Origin: a virus
Lineage: Duplodnaviria; Heunggongvirae; Uroviricota; Caudoviricetes
IMG/VR virus record: IMGVR_UViG_3300043470_002422
Reading direction: 5' to 3' (one strand)
Length of the DNA: 33,609 nucleotides
Position 1 is the stretch's first letter. Each line of letters starts with the position of its first letter. The notes beneath the pieces were generated by a model. The model did not search any database. It had not been told where the DNA came from and was given only the letters and a program-made list of their open reading frames with translations. The position numbers were made by a program, and so were the translations under genes. Below, in pieces: positions 17,731 to 26,611 of this stretch.

Positions 17731-18597
17731 TTGAAGCCTTTATACAGTAGATCACAAAATTTAAAAGTTACTAAAACAGAACTAGCCAAATTAGGTCTCA
17801 CTTCTGTTCAAGCGACTATGATCGAGCCTAATACTCAAGGTCTCGGTTTATTGGGGATTGGGTATTTAAAACCTCTTCCTGATGTTCCTACTGATTACCA
17901 AGCAGTAACCAATTCTAAAGGAAATCCCGTTTATTCGAAAACTACAGTTCAGACTTATTCCATATTTTTTGCTCAATATGAGAACACTTATATTCCGGAA
18001 GGAGATGAAAAATTATATTCCTTTGTTGCAGTAAGAACACTAAATCCTATTACCTCAAGTGATTGTGCAAAACAACTTGGAATGAAACAATCTAATGTTT
18101 ATGGGTTAACCCTTAGTGAATATGAGGCTGGAACTTTTCAACATCCAGTTTATCTCAATCAAAATAAAGAACCATTAACTTTTAATTATACAGATATTCC
18201 TGTTATGCTTCAAACTGTTCCAGGAAGGCTTGATAATGTTCCTATTGGTGCACCTAATTTCCCACTAACTCCTAACAGAATTGCTAGCCAGCTTGGAATG
18301 CTACCTCAACCACCATACCCAGATTTTGTTACCTCTTTTGGTCAAACTGGGGGAACTGCAATTTCTGCCGGAGGAACTGTTGGATTTAGAGATGCTTCTC
18401 TAATGGTTCCTACTACAGTTCAGCCTACCGCATGGAATTGGAACTTTGGACCATCTGCTTCCCCTACAGGAAGTACCGCACAAAATCCAAGTTCGGTAAC
18501 TTATGGATCTACTGGAAGCTTTAGCGTAACTCTAACCGCTTATAATGCCTATGGATCCAAATCAATAACTAAACAAAACTTTGTAATCGTATCATAA
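17731..18597 (+). CDS. Virion-type protein with a C-terminal PKD domain (TTG start uncertain; ATG alternative at 17818)
   Basis: VGFRDAS...PTAWNWNFG...STAQNPS.VTY..TGSFSVTLTAYNAYGSKSITKQNFV; Thr/Ser/Pro-rich; GATATATA at 17703. Confidence 0.75.
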   Translation: MKPLYSRSQNLKVTKTELAKLGLTSVQATMIEPNTQGLGLLGIGYLKPLPDVPTDYQAVTNSKGNPVYSKTTVQTYSIFFAQYENTYIPEGDEKLYSFVAVRTLNPITSSDCAKQLGMKQSNVYGLTLSEYEAGTFQHPVYLNQNKEPLTFNYTDIPVMLQTVPGRLDNVPIGAPNFPLTPNRIASQLGMLPQPPYPDFVTSFGQTGGTAISAGGTVGFRDASLMVPTTVQPTAWNWNFGPSASPTGSTAQNPSSVTYGSTGSFSVTLTAYNAYGSKSITKQNFVIVS

Positions 18598-18598
18598 A

Positions 18599-19726
18599 AT
18601 GTCGGGATTTTTAGAAAAATATAATATAGACGAGGTATTCCTAAGGGGAATTATCGTTGGACTTCTCAGAAGCTTAAATGAAAAAGTAACCTACACTCAG
18701 ATTAATGAACAACAAGAAATATTGGAAGTTTACATTCCTTTTTTCTATTCAATGTCTGGAGACGAATCTTTTTTACAGGACTTCTATTTAGACTATTTAG
18801 ATTGTGACGGAAATTCTCCTTTTGCAGAGGGTAACTATGATATTATTCCTAGAGGAGTAGTAACTTTTACTGGGGTTAATATAGATACAGCTTCAATAAC
18901 AAATGGATTTGTAAGGGCAACTTATAACATTGAAACGGTAGAGGGACAGATGAAAGCATTTTCTGCTTATACGTCTTCTATTCCTCTTAGTATGACCTTT
19001 GATATAAAACTGAGAGCAGATACTTTATTAGATACATTTAAAATTTTCCAATCTGTAATTCAAACTTTCTATAAAGTTTATAGTTTTAATGTTGAGTTTG
19101 GAGGAATGAGGGTTCCGGTTCAAGTTGGATTTCCTGAGCAATATCAAAATGACAAGCAATTAGAATTTACCTATTCAAATACACAAAAGTGGATCGAAAC
19201 CAATTTTTCCATTCAAGTTGAAACTTATTATCCTCAGAAGGACATTGCAACTGAGAGATTTAGAGGAAATCTAATGCAAGCTGGAATTAAACTTAAACTT
19301 TCTATAGGGGATACTGTAATTGGAAGTTCAAGTTTATTTACAACTCCTGCTAATTCTAGTACCCCTGGCCTTCCTAGCCCAACTTCAAACTTACCTACTG
19401 TTTCTGTTCCAGCTAGCTCAACAGGAATAACTTTAAATCAAATCTCGGGATATTACATTAGTGAAGATTCTGTGAATGCTCAATTTGCTTCCCTTCAGAT
19501 GTTCACAGGAGCCGGGGTAATTCCGGTAACTGCTCCTTACATAACTTACATAGATATGACACCTTTGGATATTTCCAATAAGGTTTTAGGGATAAATTTA
19601 TTCATCACTGTTTCTTGTTCTTCTTTAGCGGGTAATGTGATAGCTACCAATGTTTCCGGATCAACAATTACTTTTGAATCCAGCGTATCTGGGGTAGATT
19701 TTTATTTTACCGGGATATATACTTAA
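18599..19726 (+). CDS. T4 gp15-like tail sheath stabilizer/terminator with a Ser/Thr/Pro-rich C-terminal extension
   Basis: IPFFYS..GDE.FLQD, IPRG, IPL.MTF.I...D..DTFKIFQ..I..FY, ..VP.QVGFP, F.IQVETYYP; then an SSLFTTPANSSTPGLPSPTSNLPT linker and a beta domain. Confidence 0.55.
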   Translation: MSGFLEKYNIDEVFLRGIIVGLLRSLNEKVTYTQINEQQEILEVYIPFFYSMSGDESFLQDFYLDYLDCDGNSPFAEGNYDIIPRGVVTFTGVNIDTASITNGFVRATYNIETVEGQMKAFSAYTSSIPLSMTFDIKLRADTLLDTFKIFQSVIQTFYKVYSFNVEFGGMRVPVQVGFPEQYQNDKQLEFTYSNTQKWIETNFSIQVETYYPQKDIATERFRGNLMQAGIKLKLSIGDTVIGSSSLFTTPANSSTPGLPSPTSNLPTVSVPASSTGITLNQISGYYISEDSVNAQFASLQMFTGAGVIPVTAPYITYIDMTPLDISNKVLGINLFITVSCSSLAGNVIATNVSGSTITFESSVSGVDFYFTGIYT

Positions 19727-19740
19727 AATAATTTTTAGAT

Positions 19741-20055
19741 GTGTCCGTAAATTCTCCAAATAATCCGATTTTAGAACCAGGTCTTAGTGTTAGAATTATC
19801 GATGGTTCCACTAGTCAAACTTTTGATACCCTATATTTTGTAGGAACCTCGAATAACTATGTTAAAAAATCTGCTAAAAGCGAGACTATTAACTATTCAA
19901 CATTTGGAAACTTCTGGACTAAGCAGATTTCAGTGGAGAGTAATTTTAGGGATATTCTAGACGGGGGAGATTCTGCACCAGGAACAGCACAGTTCTTCGG
20001 TCCAATCATAGGAGGGGAATTCCCAACACAAACAAGATTATTAAACAACATATAA
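19741..20055 (+). CDS. Hypothetical virion-associated protein, 104 aa (GTG start)
   Basis: ORF track; ILDGGDS motif; NNPIL shared with the next ORF; GATATATA at 19714-21. Confidence 0.55.
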   Translation: MSVNSPNNPILEPGLSVRIIDGSTSQTFDTLYFVGTSNNYVKKSAKSETINYSTFGNFWTKQISVESNFRDILDGGDSAPGTAQFFGPIIGGEFPTQTRLLNNI

Positions 20056-20061
20056 AAGAAA

Positions 20062-20424
20062 ATGGCTTATAGAATACAATTTAGAAGAGATACATCTACA
20101 AACTGGGATAGTAACAATCCTATCCTTTTACAAGGAGAGTTTGGCTATGAACTTGATACCGGATTTGCTAAAATTGGTGACGGATCCTCTACATGGGATC
20201 AATTAACTTATTTTGGAGGAACAGGTCCAACTGGACCAACTGGTTCAACTGGACCAACTGGTTCAACTGGTGTAACCGGATCAACTGGACCTTCTGTTTC
20301 TTCTCTAGCTCCTGGATCGTCGGGTGCTACCGGAACAACCGGAGAATTAGCTCTGGATACAAACTATCTTTACGTTTGTGTTGGAACAAATACTTGGAAA
20401 AGAACCCAGATAACAGGCTGGTAA
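20062..20424 (+). CDS. Mini-fibre: Mtd_N-like domain, short collagen-like G-X-T repeat and fibre C-terminal cap
   Basis: [10 protein letters not shown]...[23 protein letters not shown]; G-X-T triplets; [21 protein letters not shown]. Confidence 0.8.
   Translation: MAYRIQFRRDTSTNWDSNNPILLQGEFGYELDTGFAKIGDGSSTWDQLTYFGGTGPTGPTGSTGPTGSTGVTGSTGPSVSSLAPGSSGATGTTGELALDTNYLYVCVGTNTWKRTQITGW
20215..20295 (+). repeat. Collagen-like coding repeat (8 G-X-T triplets, then GPS)
   Basis: CAACTGGACCAACTGGTT occurs twice (20228-20263) plus a partial third copy. Confidence 0.85.
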
Positions 20425-20444
20425 TTTTTTAATAATGAATATTT

Positions 20445-20469
20445 AAAAGCCCTTTATTGGGGCTTTTTT
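20445..20469 (+). terminator. Intrinsic terminator after the virion module
   Basis: AAAAGCCC-tttattg-GGGCTTTT followed by more T. Confidence 0.8.
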
Positions 20470-20471
20470 GT

Positions 20472-20497
20472 GAAACAATTCTTAGCAGTAAACTATA
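20472..20497 (+). promoter_or_regulatory. GAAACAAT-N10-AAACTATA(AT) motif upstream of cluster 2
   Basis: Matches the motif before uvsX and includes TATAAT. Confidence 0.5.
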
Positions 20498-20519
20498 ATA
20501 GATAATAAATTATAGAATT

Positions 20520-20795
20520 ATGTCAGAACCAATAAAATTATCTCAAGAAGAATTAGATTCAATTAAAGATCTAAGAGAAAAAATAAGATCTAACGTTGAA
20601 AAAATCGGAAGACTTAACATCAAAAGACACTTTACAGAGACCGAGTTGAATTTGATTAAAATGGATATAGATACGGAATATCTAGAAACAGAAGAATTGA
20701 GTAGACAGGAATCTAAAATTGTTGATTCTATCATAGCGAAATATGGTGATGGTGATTTAGACTTCACTACAGGTATCTACACTCCAAGATCTTAA
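20520..20795 (+). CDS. Hypothetical coiled-coil protein, 91 aa
   Basis: Heptad-rich body; C-terminal KYGDGDLDFTTG.YT. Confidence 0.7.
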   Translation: MSEPIKLSQEELDSIKDLREKIRSNVEKIGRLNIKRHFTETELNLIKMDIDTEYLETEELSRQESKIVDSIIAKYGDGDLDFTTGIYTPRS

Positions 20796-20814
20796 TTTTT
20801 CTAACAACCAATTT

Positions 20815-23130
20815 GTGAGTAAAATAAAAATTTATGCACATGGGTCGTACATAGGAAATACCGGGTACAATCACCATACACGAGATTTTTTTAGATCTCT
20901 TTCTAAATATTTTCCGATCAAATTTAGAAATTTTACTGTAGGTGATTCTTGGAAAGGTCTAAGCGAAACCCCGCATGACGAAGAAGATTATCTAGATGAC
21001 TTAGATAAAAATTTATTATACAGTCAAAGATTGTGGGTAGGGGAAGGTCGAATGGAGGATTTTAAAATATATCCTTCTTCAGAAAAAGAATTTGGAGCCG
21101 ATCTTAATATAGTTCTAAATGAATCAAATCATTATTTATATTACGAAAAATATTCAGGACCCAAAATAGCATATAATGTTTGGGAATCAACCAGACAGAC
21201 TGAAGAATTTTTTAAAAAATTAATATTATTTGATGAGATATGGGTTCCTAGTAAATGGCAAAGAGATTGTACTATAGATCAAGGAGCAAATCCAGACCAA
21301 GTTAAAGTTGTTCCTGAAGGAGTGGATGTTGATACTTTTTATCCAGAATCTGTTGATTTGCTTGACGAGTACAAGGATAAAAGATTTAAATTTCTTTTAA
21401 TGGGAAGATGGGACTATAGAAAATCTACTAAAGAAATTATAGAAACTTTTCTAAAAACATTTTCACCGGAGGAACCCATAGATATTGTTGTCTCAATTGA
21501 TAACATGTGGGGAGAAGAAATGGATGGATTTAAAACCACAGAGGAAAGACTAAAAAACTATGGACTTTTGGATCCTAGAATTAAAATAATACACTTTCCA
21601 AAAAGAGAGGATTACATAAAATACCTTAAAACCGGACATGTCTTTCTTTCGTGTGCTAGATCTGAAGGATGGAATTTACCTTTGATTGAGGCCATGGCCT
21701 GTGGAACACCTTCTATCTATTCTGAGTGTTGCGCTCAGATGGAATTTGCAGAAGGTAAAGGATTACCTGTTAAAATAATAGGGGAAAAGCCTGCAAATCA
21801 AAACACCTACGGCAGATACAGTATGGGTGATCTCCCAGGTAATTACTATGAACCGGATTTTATTGATCTTTCTAGAGTTATGAGAGATGCCTATGAAAAT
21901 TATGAATTTCACAAAAGTAAAGCTGTAGAAGAAAGTGTCGAGTTAAGAAGAAATTTTTCTTGGGAAGAGATTGCTAAAATAGGAAAATCAACAATAGAAG
22001 ATTTTGTCGTAAAAGTAAATCAGCCCGGATACAATAAGAACAAAGACACTAATTCAATTCATATTTCTTATTTAGATGGACCAAAGGTTGAGATTACTGG
22101 AGATTTTGAGTCTTCGTATCATATAGAGTTTATTGATTCTAAAACCGAGAAGATCATTCATTCGGAAACAATAACTAATAATATGTGGTGTGTTTGTTCA
22201 AGAAAATATTACACAGATTGGGTAATTAAGATCAACGGTAAAGTTGTTGACACTTTTGGACTTGAGGGTAAAAGAGTTTTAATTTCTTTTGAGTCTAAAT
22301 CTATTGGGGATACAATTGCATGGGCTCCTTATGTAGTAGACTTCGAAAAAAAACACAAATGCAAGATTATATTATCTACATTTCATAATGACTGGTTTAA
22401 GGGGGTTAAAGAATACTCTAATTTTGAATTTATATCCCCCGGAAGTAACACAAATTGTTATGTTGTTTATAGAATTGGATGGTTTAGATCTAATGGAGGT
22501 AGATGGGACGATTTTAATTCATACCCAAATCCATTAAATTCACAGCCTCTCCAAAAGACATCTTCTGATATTTTGGGATTAGAATTTGAGGAAAGAAATT
22601 ATGGAATTAATTTTACTCCGAGAAAAAATCCTATGACTGAAAAATATGTTGTAATTGCCCCGGAGTCTACCGCAGGATGTAAAGAATGGACTAGAGAAGG
22701 ATGGGAAATTCTAACAAAGATGCTAACTGAAACTGGGATTCAGGTAATTTGTTTAACTCAAAAACCATATTTTATTAAAGGAGCCCGTTGTATACATGGC
22801 AAAAATTTGGAAGAATCTATTAATATACTGTATCACTCCGAATATTTGATCGGACTGAGTTCAGGTCTTTCCTGGATTAATTGGTCGCTAAAAAAACACA
22901 CAGTTATGATTAGTGGATTTACTGCTAAGGATCACGAATTTAAAACTAATATAACTAGAATACAAAATTCAAATGCTTGTAATTCTTGTTGGGAAAATAC
23001 AAATTTTATTTTTGATACTGGAGACTGGGATTGGTGTCCAGTCTGGAAGGGAACAGATAAACAACACATTTGCTCAAAATCTATATCACCAATAACAGTA
23101 TTTAATTTATTACCAGAGATAAAAAAATGA
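20815..23130 (+). CDS. Fusion of a GT4 glycosyltransferase and an Aah/TibC-type (autotransporter O-heptosyltransferase, BAHT) domain; GTG start
   Basis: GT4 part: VVPEGVD, GRWDYRKS, SEGWNLPLIEAMACGTP. From about 22051: GKRVLISFESKSIGDTIAWAPY, STF.ND.F, KEW..E.W, IGLSSGLSW, MISGFT, CNSCW, WCP, HIC. Confidence 0.88.
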   Translation: MSKIKIYAHGSYIGNTGYNHHTRDFFRSLSKYFPIKFRNFTVGDSWKGLSETPHDEEDYLDDLDKNLLYSQRLWVGEGRMEDFKIYPSSEKEFGADLNIVLNESNHYLYYEKYSGPKIAYNVWESTRQTEEFFKKLILFDEIWVPSKWQRDCTIDQGANPDQVKVVPEGVDVDTFYPESVDLLDEYKDKRFKFLLMGRWDYRKSTKEIIETFLKTFSPEEPIDIVVSIDNMWGEEMDGFKTTEERLKNYGLLDPRIKIIHFPKREDYIKYLKTGHVFLSCARSEGWNLPLIEAMACGTPSIYSECCAQMEFAEGKGLPVKIIGEKPANQNTYGRYSMGDLPGNYYEPDFIDLSRVMRDAYENYEFHKSKAVEESVELRRNFSWEEIAKIGKSTIEDFVVKVNQPGYNKNKDTNSIHISYLDGPKVEITGDFESSYHIEFIDSKTEKIIHSETITNNMWCVCSRKYYTDWVIKINGKVVDTFGLEGKRVLISFESKSIGDTIAWAPYVVDFEKKHKCKIILSTFHNDWFKGVKEYSNFEFISPGSNTNCYVVYRIGWFRSNGGRWDDFNSYPNPLNSQPLQKTSSDILGLEFEERNYGINFTPRKNPMTEKYVVIAPESTAGCKEWTREGWEILTKMLTETGIQVICLTQKPYFIKGARCIHGKNLEESINILYHSEYLIGLSSGLSWINWSLKKHTVMISGFTAKDHEFKTNITRIQNSNACNSCWENTNFIFDTGDWDWCPVWKGTDKQHICSKSISPITVFNLLPEIKK

Positions 23131-23849
23131 TAGACATTAGTAATTTTGATTGGGGTTGGATGGACGAGCCTTGTGAAACTTATCAAATCATGTCAGATGG
23201 GACACACAAACCAATGGGACTTTATCATAAGGATTCCATCATTAAAGAAATTTTTGAGGGGGAAAGCATATATGAATTATTTTTTGAAGTGGAGGAAAAT
23301 GATATTGTTCTTGATGTAGGAGCTAGCCTAGGTCCTTTCACCAGGTCTATTTTACACAAAAATCCAAAGCATGTATTCTGTTTTGAACCAAGCTACAGAG
23401 AATTTAAAGTGTTAGTTAAAAATACCATGGGATATCAGGTAACTCCTATCTTTAAAGGAATTTCTGATAAGAATGGGATATCGGAATCTGATATGCTCTT
23501 TGGTGGAGAATCCGAAATGGAATCTATTACATTTAAATCTTTTATTGACTTATTTGGAATTGATAAAATAGATTTCCTTAAAACCGACTGCGAAGGAGGG
23601 GAATATGATATTTTCACTAGTGGAAATCTTCCATATATAAAAGAGAACGTAAAAAAAATAGTTGGAGAATGGCATCTTAGTACAGATGAACTTAAGACTA
23701 AATTTAGAAATTTTAGAGATCATATATTACCAAACTTCAATAAAGTTATAATTTTTTCTGTAGACGGGATTGACATTACCTGGGATTTGTGGAATGAACA
23801 CTTCATTGAATATTATACCGAAATTATAATTCACATTGACAATAGATAA
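23127..23849 (+). CDS. FkbM-family SAM methyltransferase
   Basis: VLDVGASLGPFT, CFEPS, IDKIDFLKTDCEGGEY. Confidence 0.87.
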   Translation: MIDISNFDWGWMDEPCETYQIMSDGTHKPMGLYHKDSIIKEIFEGESIYELFFEVEENDIVLDVGASLGPFTRSILHKNPKHVFCFEPSYREFKVLVKNTMGYQVTPIFKGISDKNGISESDMLFGGESEMESITFKSFIDLFGIDKIDFLKTDCEGGEYDIFTSGNLPYIKENVKKIVGEWHLSTDELKTKFRNFRDHILPNFNKVIIFSVDGIDITWDLWNEHFIEYYTEIIIHIDNR

Positions 23850-23851
23850 AA

Positions 23852-24496
23852 ATGGCACAAGGAGTACATAAAATTACGGAGGATTTTGAAAAATCACTAT
23901 GCGATTATACCGGATCGCCTTATGCAGTTGCATTAGATAATATGAGCAATGCTTTATTTTTAGCCCTTTACTACGAAAAAAATATAAAGAAAAGTATTAA
24001 GGCTGGAACTGTCGATTGCCCTGCTAGAACTTATCCTTCCGTTCCGTGTGAAATAATTCACGCAGGTCTGAAGGTTAATTTTACCCCAGTGGAAGGGGAT
24101 ACCATAAAAGGAGCTTATCAGCTTTTTCCAAGCAACGTCTGGGATTCCGCTTTAAGATTTAGCGCTGATATGTATATCCCAAAAACCCATATGTGCTTAT
24201 CCTTTACTGGACCATATAAAACACTGAAGCTGAGCAAGGGAGGAGCAATATTAACCGATGACTATCAAGCAATGTTATGGTTCAAAAGAGCTAGATTTAG
24301 TGGGAGAAGAGAATGCTCATATCACGATGATAACTTTGATATGCTAGGATGGAATTTTTACATGATGCCGGAACTCTCAGCAAGAGGACTTTTGATGATG
24401 ACTCAGTTTTATAACATGGACGGGTCAAAAAAATACAACGAAGATCTAGAACTACCATATCCTGATTTATCAAAATTTGAAATTTATAAACAATGA
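23852..24496 (+). CDS. Short DegT/DnrJ/StrS-family PLP sugar aminotransferase, 214 aa
   Basis: FEKSLCDYTGSPYAVA...SNALFLAL, TYPSVP, WDSA, CLSFTGPYKTL (Lys), GGAILTDD, LGWNFYM. Confidence 0.8.
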   Translation: MAQGVHKITEDFEKSLCDYTGSPYAVALDNMSNALFLALYYEKNIKKSIKAGTVDCPARTYPSVPCEIIHAGLKVNFTPVEGDTIKGAYQLFPSNVWDSALRFSADMYIPKTHMCLSFTGPYKTLKLSKGGAILTDDYQAMLWFKRARFSGRRECSYHDDNFDMLGWNFYMMPELSARGLLMMTQFYNMDGSKKYNEDLELPYPDLSKFEIYKQ

Positions 24497-25071
24497 AAAA
24501 AGCATTAGTCGGATATGGTGGACATGCCAAAGAAGTGATGGCACAAATGGGGTTAAATATTACTTGTTTTGTAGACGACAAATATTTGATCACCGGAACA
24601 AAACCATTATCTGAATTTGATCCGAAAGAATACTCTTTGATGGTTGCAGTTGCAGACCCGATAGACAGACATAATATTATACAGAAACTTCCAAAAGAAA
24701 CTAAATATTTTACCTGGATACATCCAACTGCTTTACTGATGGGGAAAATAGAAATCGGAGAAGGTAGCTTTATCGGTGCTTATTCTATTCTAACTACAAA
24801 TATTAAAGTTGGAAGTCATTCAATCTTAAATAGGGGTAACCACATTGGCCACGACTGTATTATAGGAAATTATTTCAGTGCAATGCCCGGATCTATAGTT
24901 TCAGGAAACGTTCATATAGGAAATATGGTTTATTTAGGAACAAATTCCTCCATAATAGAAAAAAAATACTTAGCACACAATATCAAAATAGGTGCAAATA
25001 GTGTAGTTATAAGAGATATAAAAGAACCTGGTATTTATGCTGGATCTCCTGCTAGAAAAATTTTAAAATGA
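24493..25071 (+). CDS. PglD/NeuD-family sugar acetyltransferase (left-handed beta-helix)
   Basis: GYGGHAKEV, FVDD, IHPTA, hexapeptide repeats, GNHIGHDC, GIYAGSPAR. Confidence 0.88.
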   Translation: MKKALVGYGGHAKEVMAQMGLNITCFVDDKYLITGTKPLSEFDPKEYSLMVAVADPIDRHNIIQKLPKETKYFTWIHPTALLMGKIEIGEGSFIGAYSILTTNIKVGSHSILNRGNHIGHDCIIGNYFSAMPGSIVSGNVHIGNMVYLGTNSSIIEKKYLAHNIKIGANSVVIRDIKEPGIYAGSPARKILK

Positions 25072-26057
25072 AAGATCTAATATTAATAACCTCATATTGT
25101 CCCGATGACCATAGAGAAAATATACTGAGAAATTTAGTTTATTCTTTAGAAAAATACAAAAGTAATTTTGAGGTTATGGTCGTAAGTCATACCCCAATTT
25201 CTTTAGACATTCAAAAAAAAGTTGAATTCTGCTTTTATGATAAAAAGAATGAAATCCTGACCGATTGGGATCTCCTAAATCAACCTTGGTTTATCCCTAG
25301 CGGGGGAAGAAGAATTCAATCTTCTTTCCTTAGCAAAAAAAATACACATTTAGCAATCTGGAGGCTAATGATACTGGGATTTTCAAATGCCAAAAATTTA
25401 GGATTCTCAAAAGTCCATCATATAGAATATGATTGTGAGATAAATGAAATTAGTGAATTTCTAGAAAATAGCAGATTGTTAAATGAGAATAATAGTGTTG
25501 TCTATATGGATATTCAAGAAAGAATATCCCCTGTAATGTTTGGAAGTTTTCAATCTTACTTTATTCCAAAAATCCACGAATTACTTGTTAATCTTAATGA
25601 AGAAAAAATTAAAGATTTAATAAGACATGCTATCTCTAAGTCTCCAGAGGGTCTTTTAAAACAACTAATAGATGAAAGTGGTAATGTTGTTGTCAAGAAC
25701 AGAGACGTTTTGAAAAAAAAAGGAAATAGATTTGGAATAATTAATAGCCAATCGATTAATAAAAATCCTTGGTCAGTTCCTTATTATGACTACTTAACAG
25801 AAACAGTCGATTTTATTTCCTGGAACACATCAAACAAAGAAGGCATAGAATATAAGATAATAATAAATAATACCAATTTAGTTTACATCCCTAAAGTTTA
25901 TATTGATTGCTGGACAATTAGGTCTCTGGGAAAAATAGAAGAAATTAATTCTATTATAGTTCTAGAAAATGAAATAATTAGAGATACTTTTTACCTGAAT
26001 TCAGAATCAGACAGGGAATTATTTAAAAAAATGAGCTATAGAGTAGTAGAAGATTAA
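25068..26057 (+). CDS. Hypothetical protein, candidate GT-A glycosyltransferase (paralog of 28690-29670)
   Basis: LILITSYC, VSHTPI, F.DKKNEIL..W, HHIEYDCEI. Confidence 0.6.
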   Translation: MKDLILITSYCPDDHRENILRNLVYSLEKYKSNFEVMVVSHTPISLDIQKKVEFCFYDKKNEILTDWDLLNQPWFIPSGGRRIQSSFLSKKNTHLAIWRLMILGFSNAKNLGFSKVHHIEYDCEINEISEFLENSRLLNENNSVVYMDIQERISPVMFGSFQSYFIPKIHELLVNLNEEKIKDLIRHAISKSPEGLLKQLIDESGNVVVKNRDVLKKKGNRFGIINSQSINKNPWSVPYYDYLTETVDFISWNTSNKEGIEYKIIINNTNLVYIPKVYIDCWTIRSLGKIEEINSIIVLENEIIRDTFYLNSESDRELFKKMSYRVVED

Positions 26058-26059
26058 TA

Positions 26060-26611
26060 ATGATTGAAAATATACATTTATGGCATGCTGACAGAGGAAC
26101 TTATTTTGATCGAAATGTGAATATAATTTCGTGGAGTGACCAATATCAAATCAGATTAGGCCGATATAATTCAATTGGTAGAGATTGTAACTTTTTCCTG
26201 CATGCAAACCATAGACCAGATTGGGTAACGACATCTTCCCAATTGTTAGGACCTGTTACGGACGAAATTGCTCAAATGCACATGCAAATGGGACATCCCT
26301 CATGTAAGGGTGATATTATAATTCAAAATGATGTTTGGATCGGAGCAAAGTCTACTATAATGTCCGGGGTTAAAATATCTAACGGATCTATCGTTGGAGC
26401 TGGATCCGTGGTAACTAAGGATGTTCCCCCGTATGCAATTGTTGCCGGCAATCCGGCTAAGATAGTTAAATCCAGGTTTACTGAGGAACAAATTGAAAAG
26501 TTATTAACTATTGCTTGGTGGAACTGGGACGAACAAAAAATTAGAGATAACTCGATGACTATGTGGTCAGATAATATAGATGAATTTATAAATAAATTTT
26601 ATGAAAATTAA
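26060..26611 (+). CDS. CatB/Vat-like (XAT) hexapeptide O-acetyltransferase
   Basis: NSIG, NHRPDWVTT, GDIIIQNDVWIG, GAGSVVTKDVPPYAIVAGNPAK, WWNW. Confidence 0.85.
   Translation: MIENIHLWHADRGTYFDRNVNIISWSDQYQIRLGRYNSIGRDCNFFLHANHRPDWVTTSSQLLGPVTDEIAQMHMQMGHPSCKGDIIIQNDVWIGAKSTIMSGVKISNGSIVGAGSVVTKDVPPYAIVAGNPAKIVKSRFTEEQIEKLLTIAWWNWDEQKIRDNSMTMWSDNIDEFINKFYEN

Noticed and set aside
20215-20295. CRISPR-like array
   Set aside because: The repeats are in-frame 9/18-bp coding units without spacers. No CRISPR array was seen elsewhere.
20062-20424. Diversity-generating retroelement suggested by the Mtd_N domain
   Set aside because: No reverse transcriptase, no TR/VR repeat pair and no C-type-lectin variable domain in the window.
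26060-26611. Antibiotic resistance gene (cat/vat)
   Set aside because: The XAT fold is shared with sugar O-acetyltransferases, and the gene is coupled inside a glycan operon. Resistance is unsupported without an assay.
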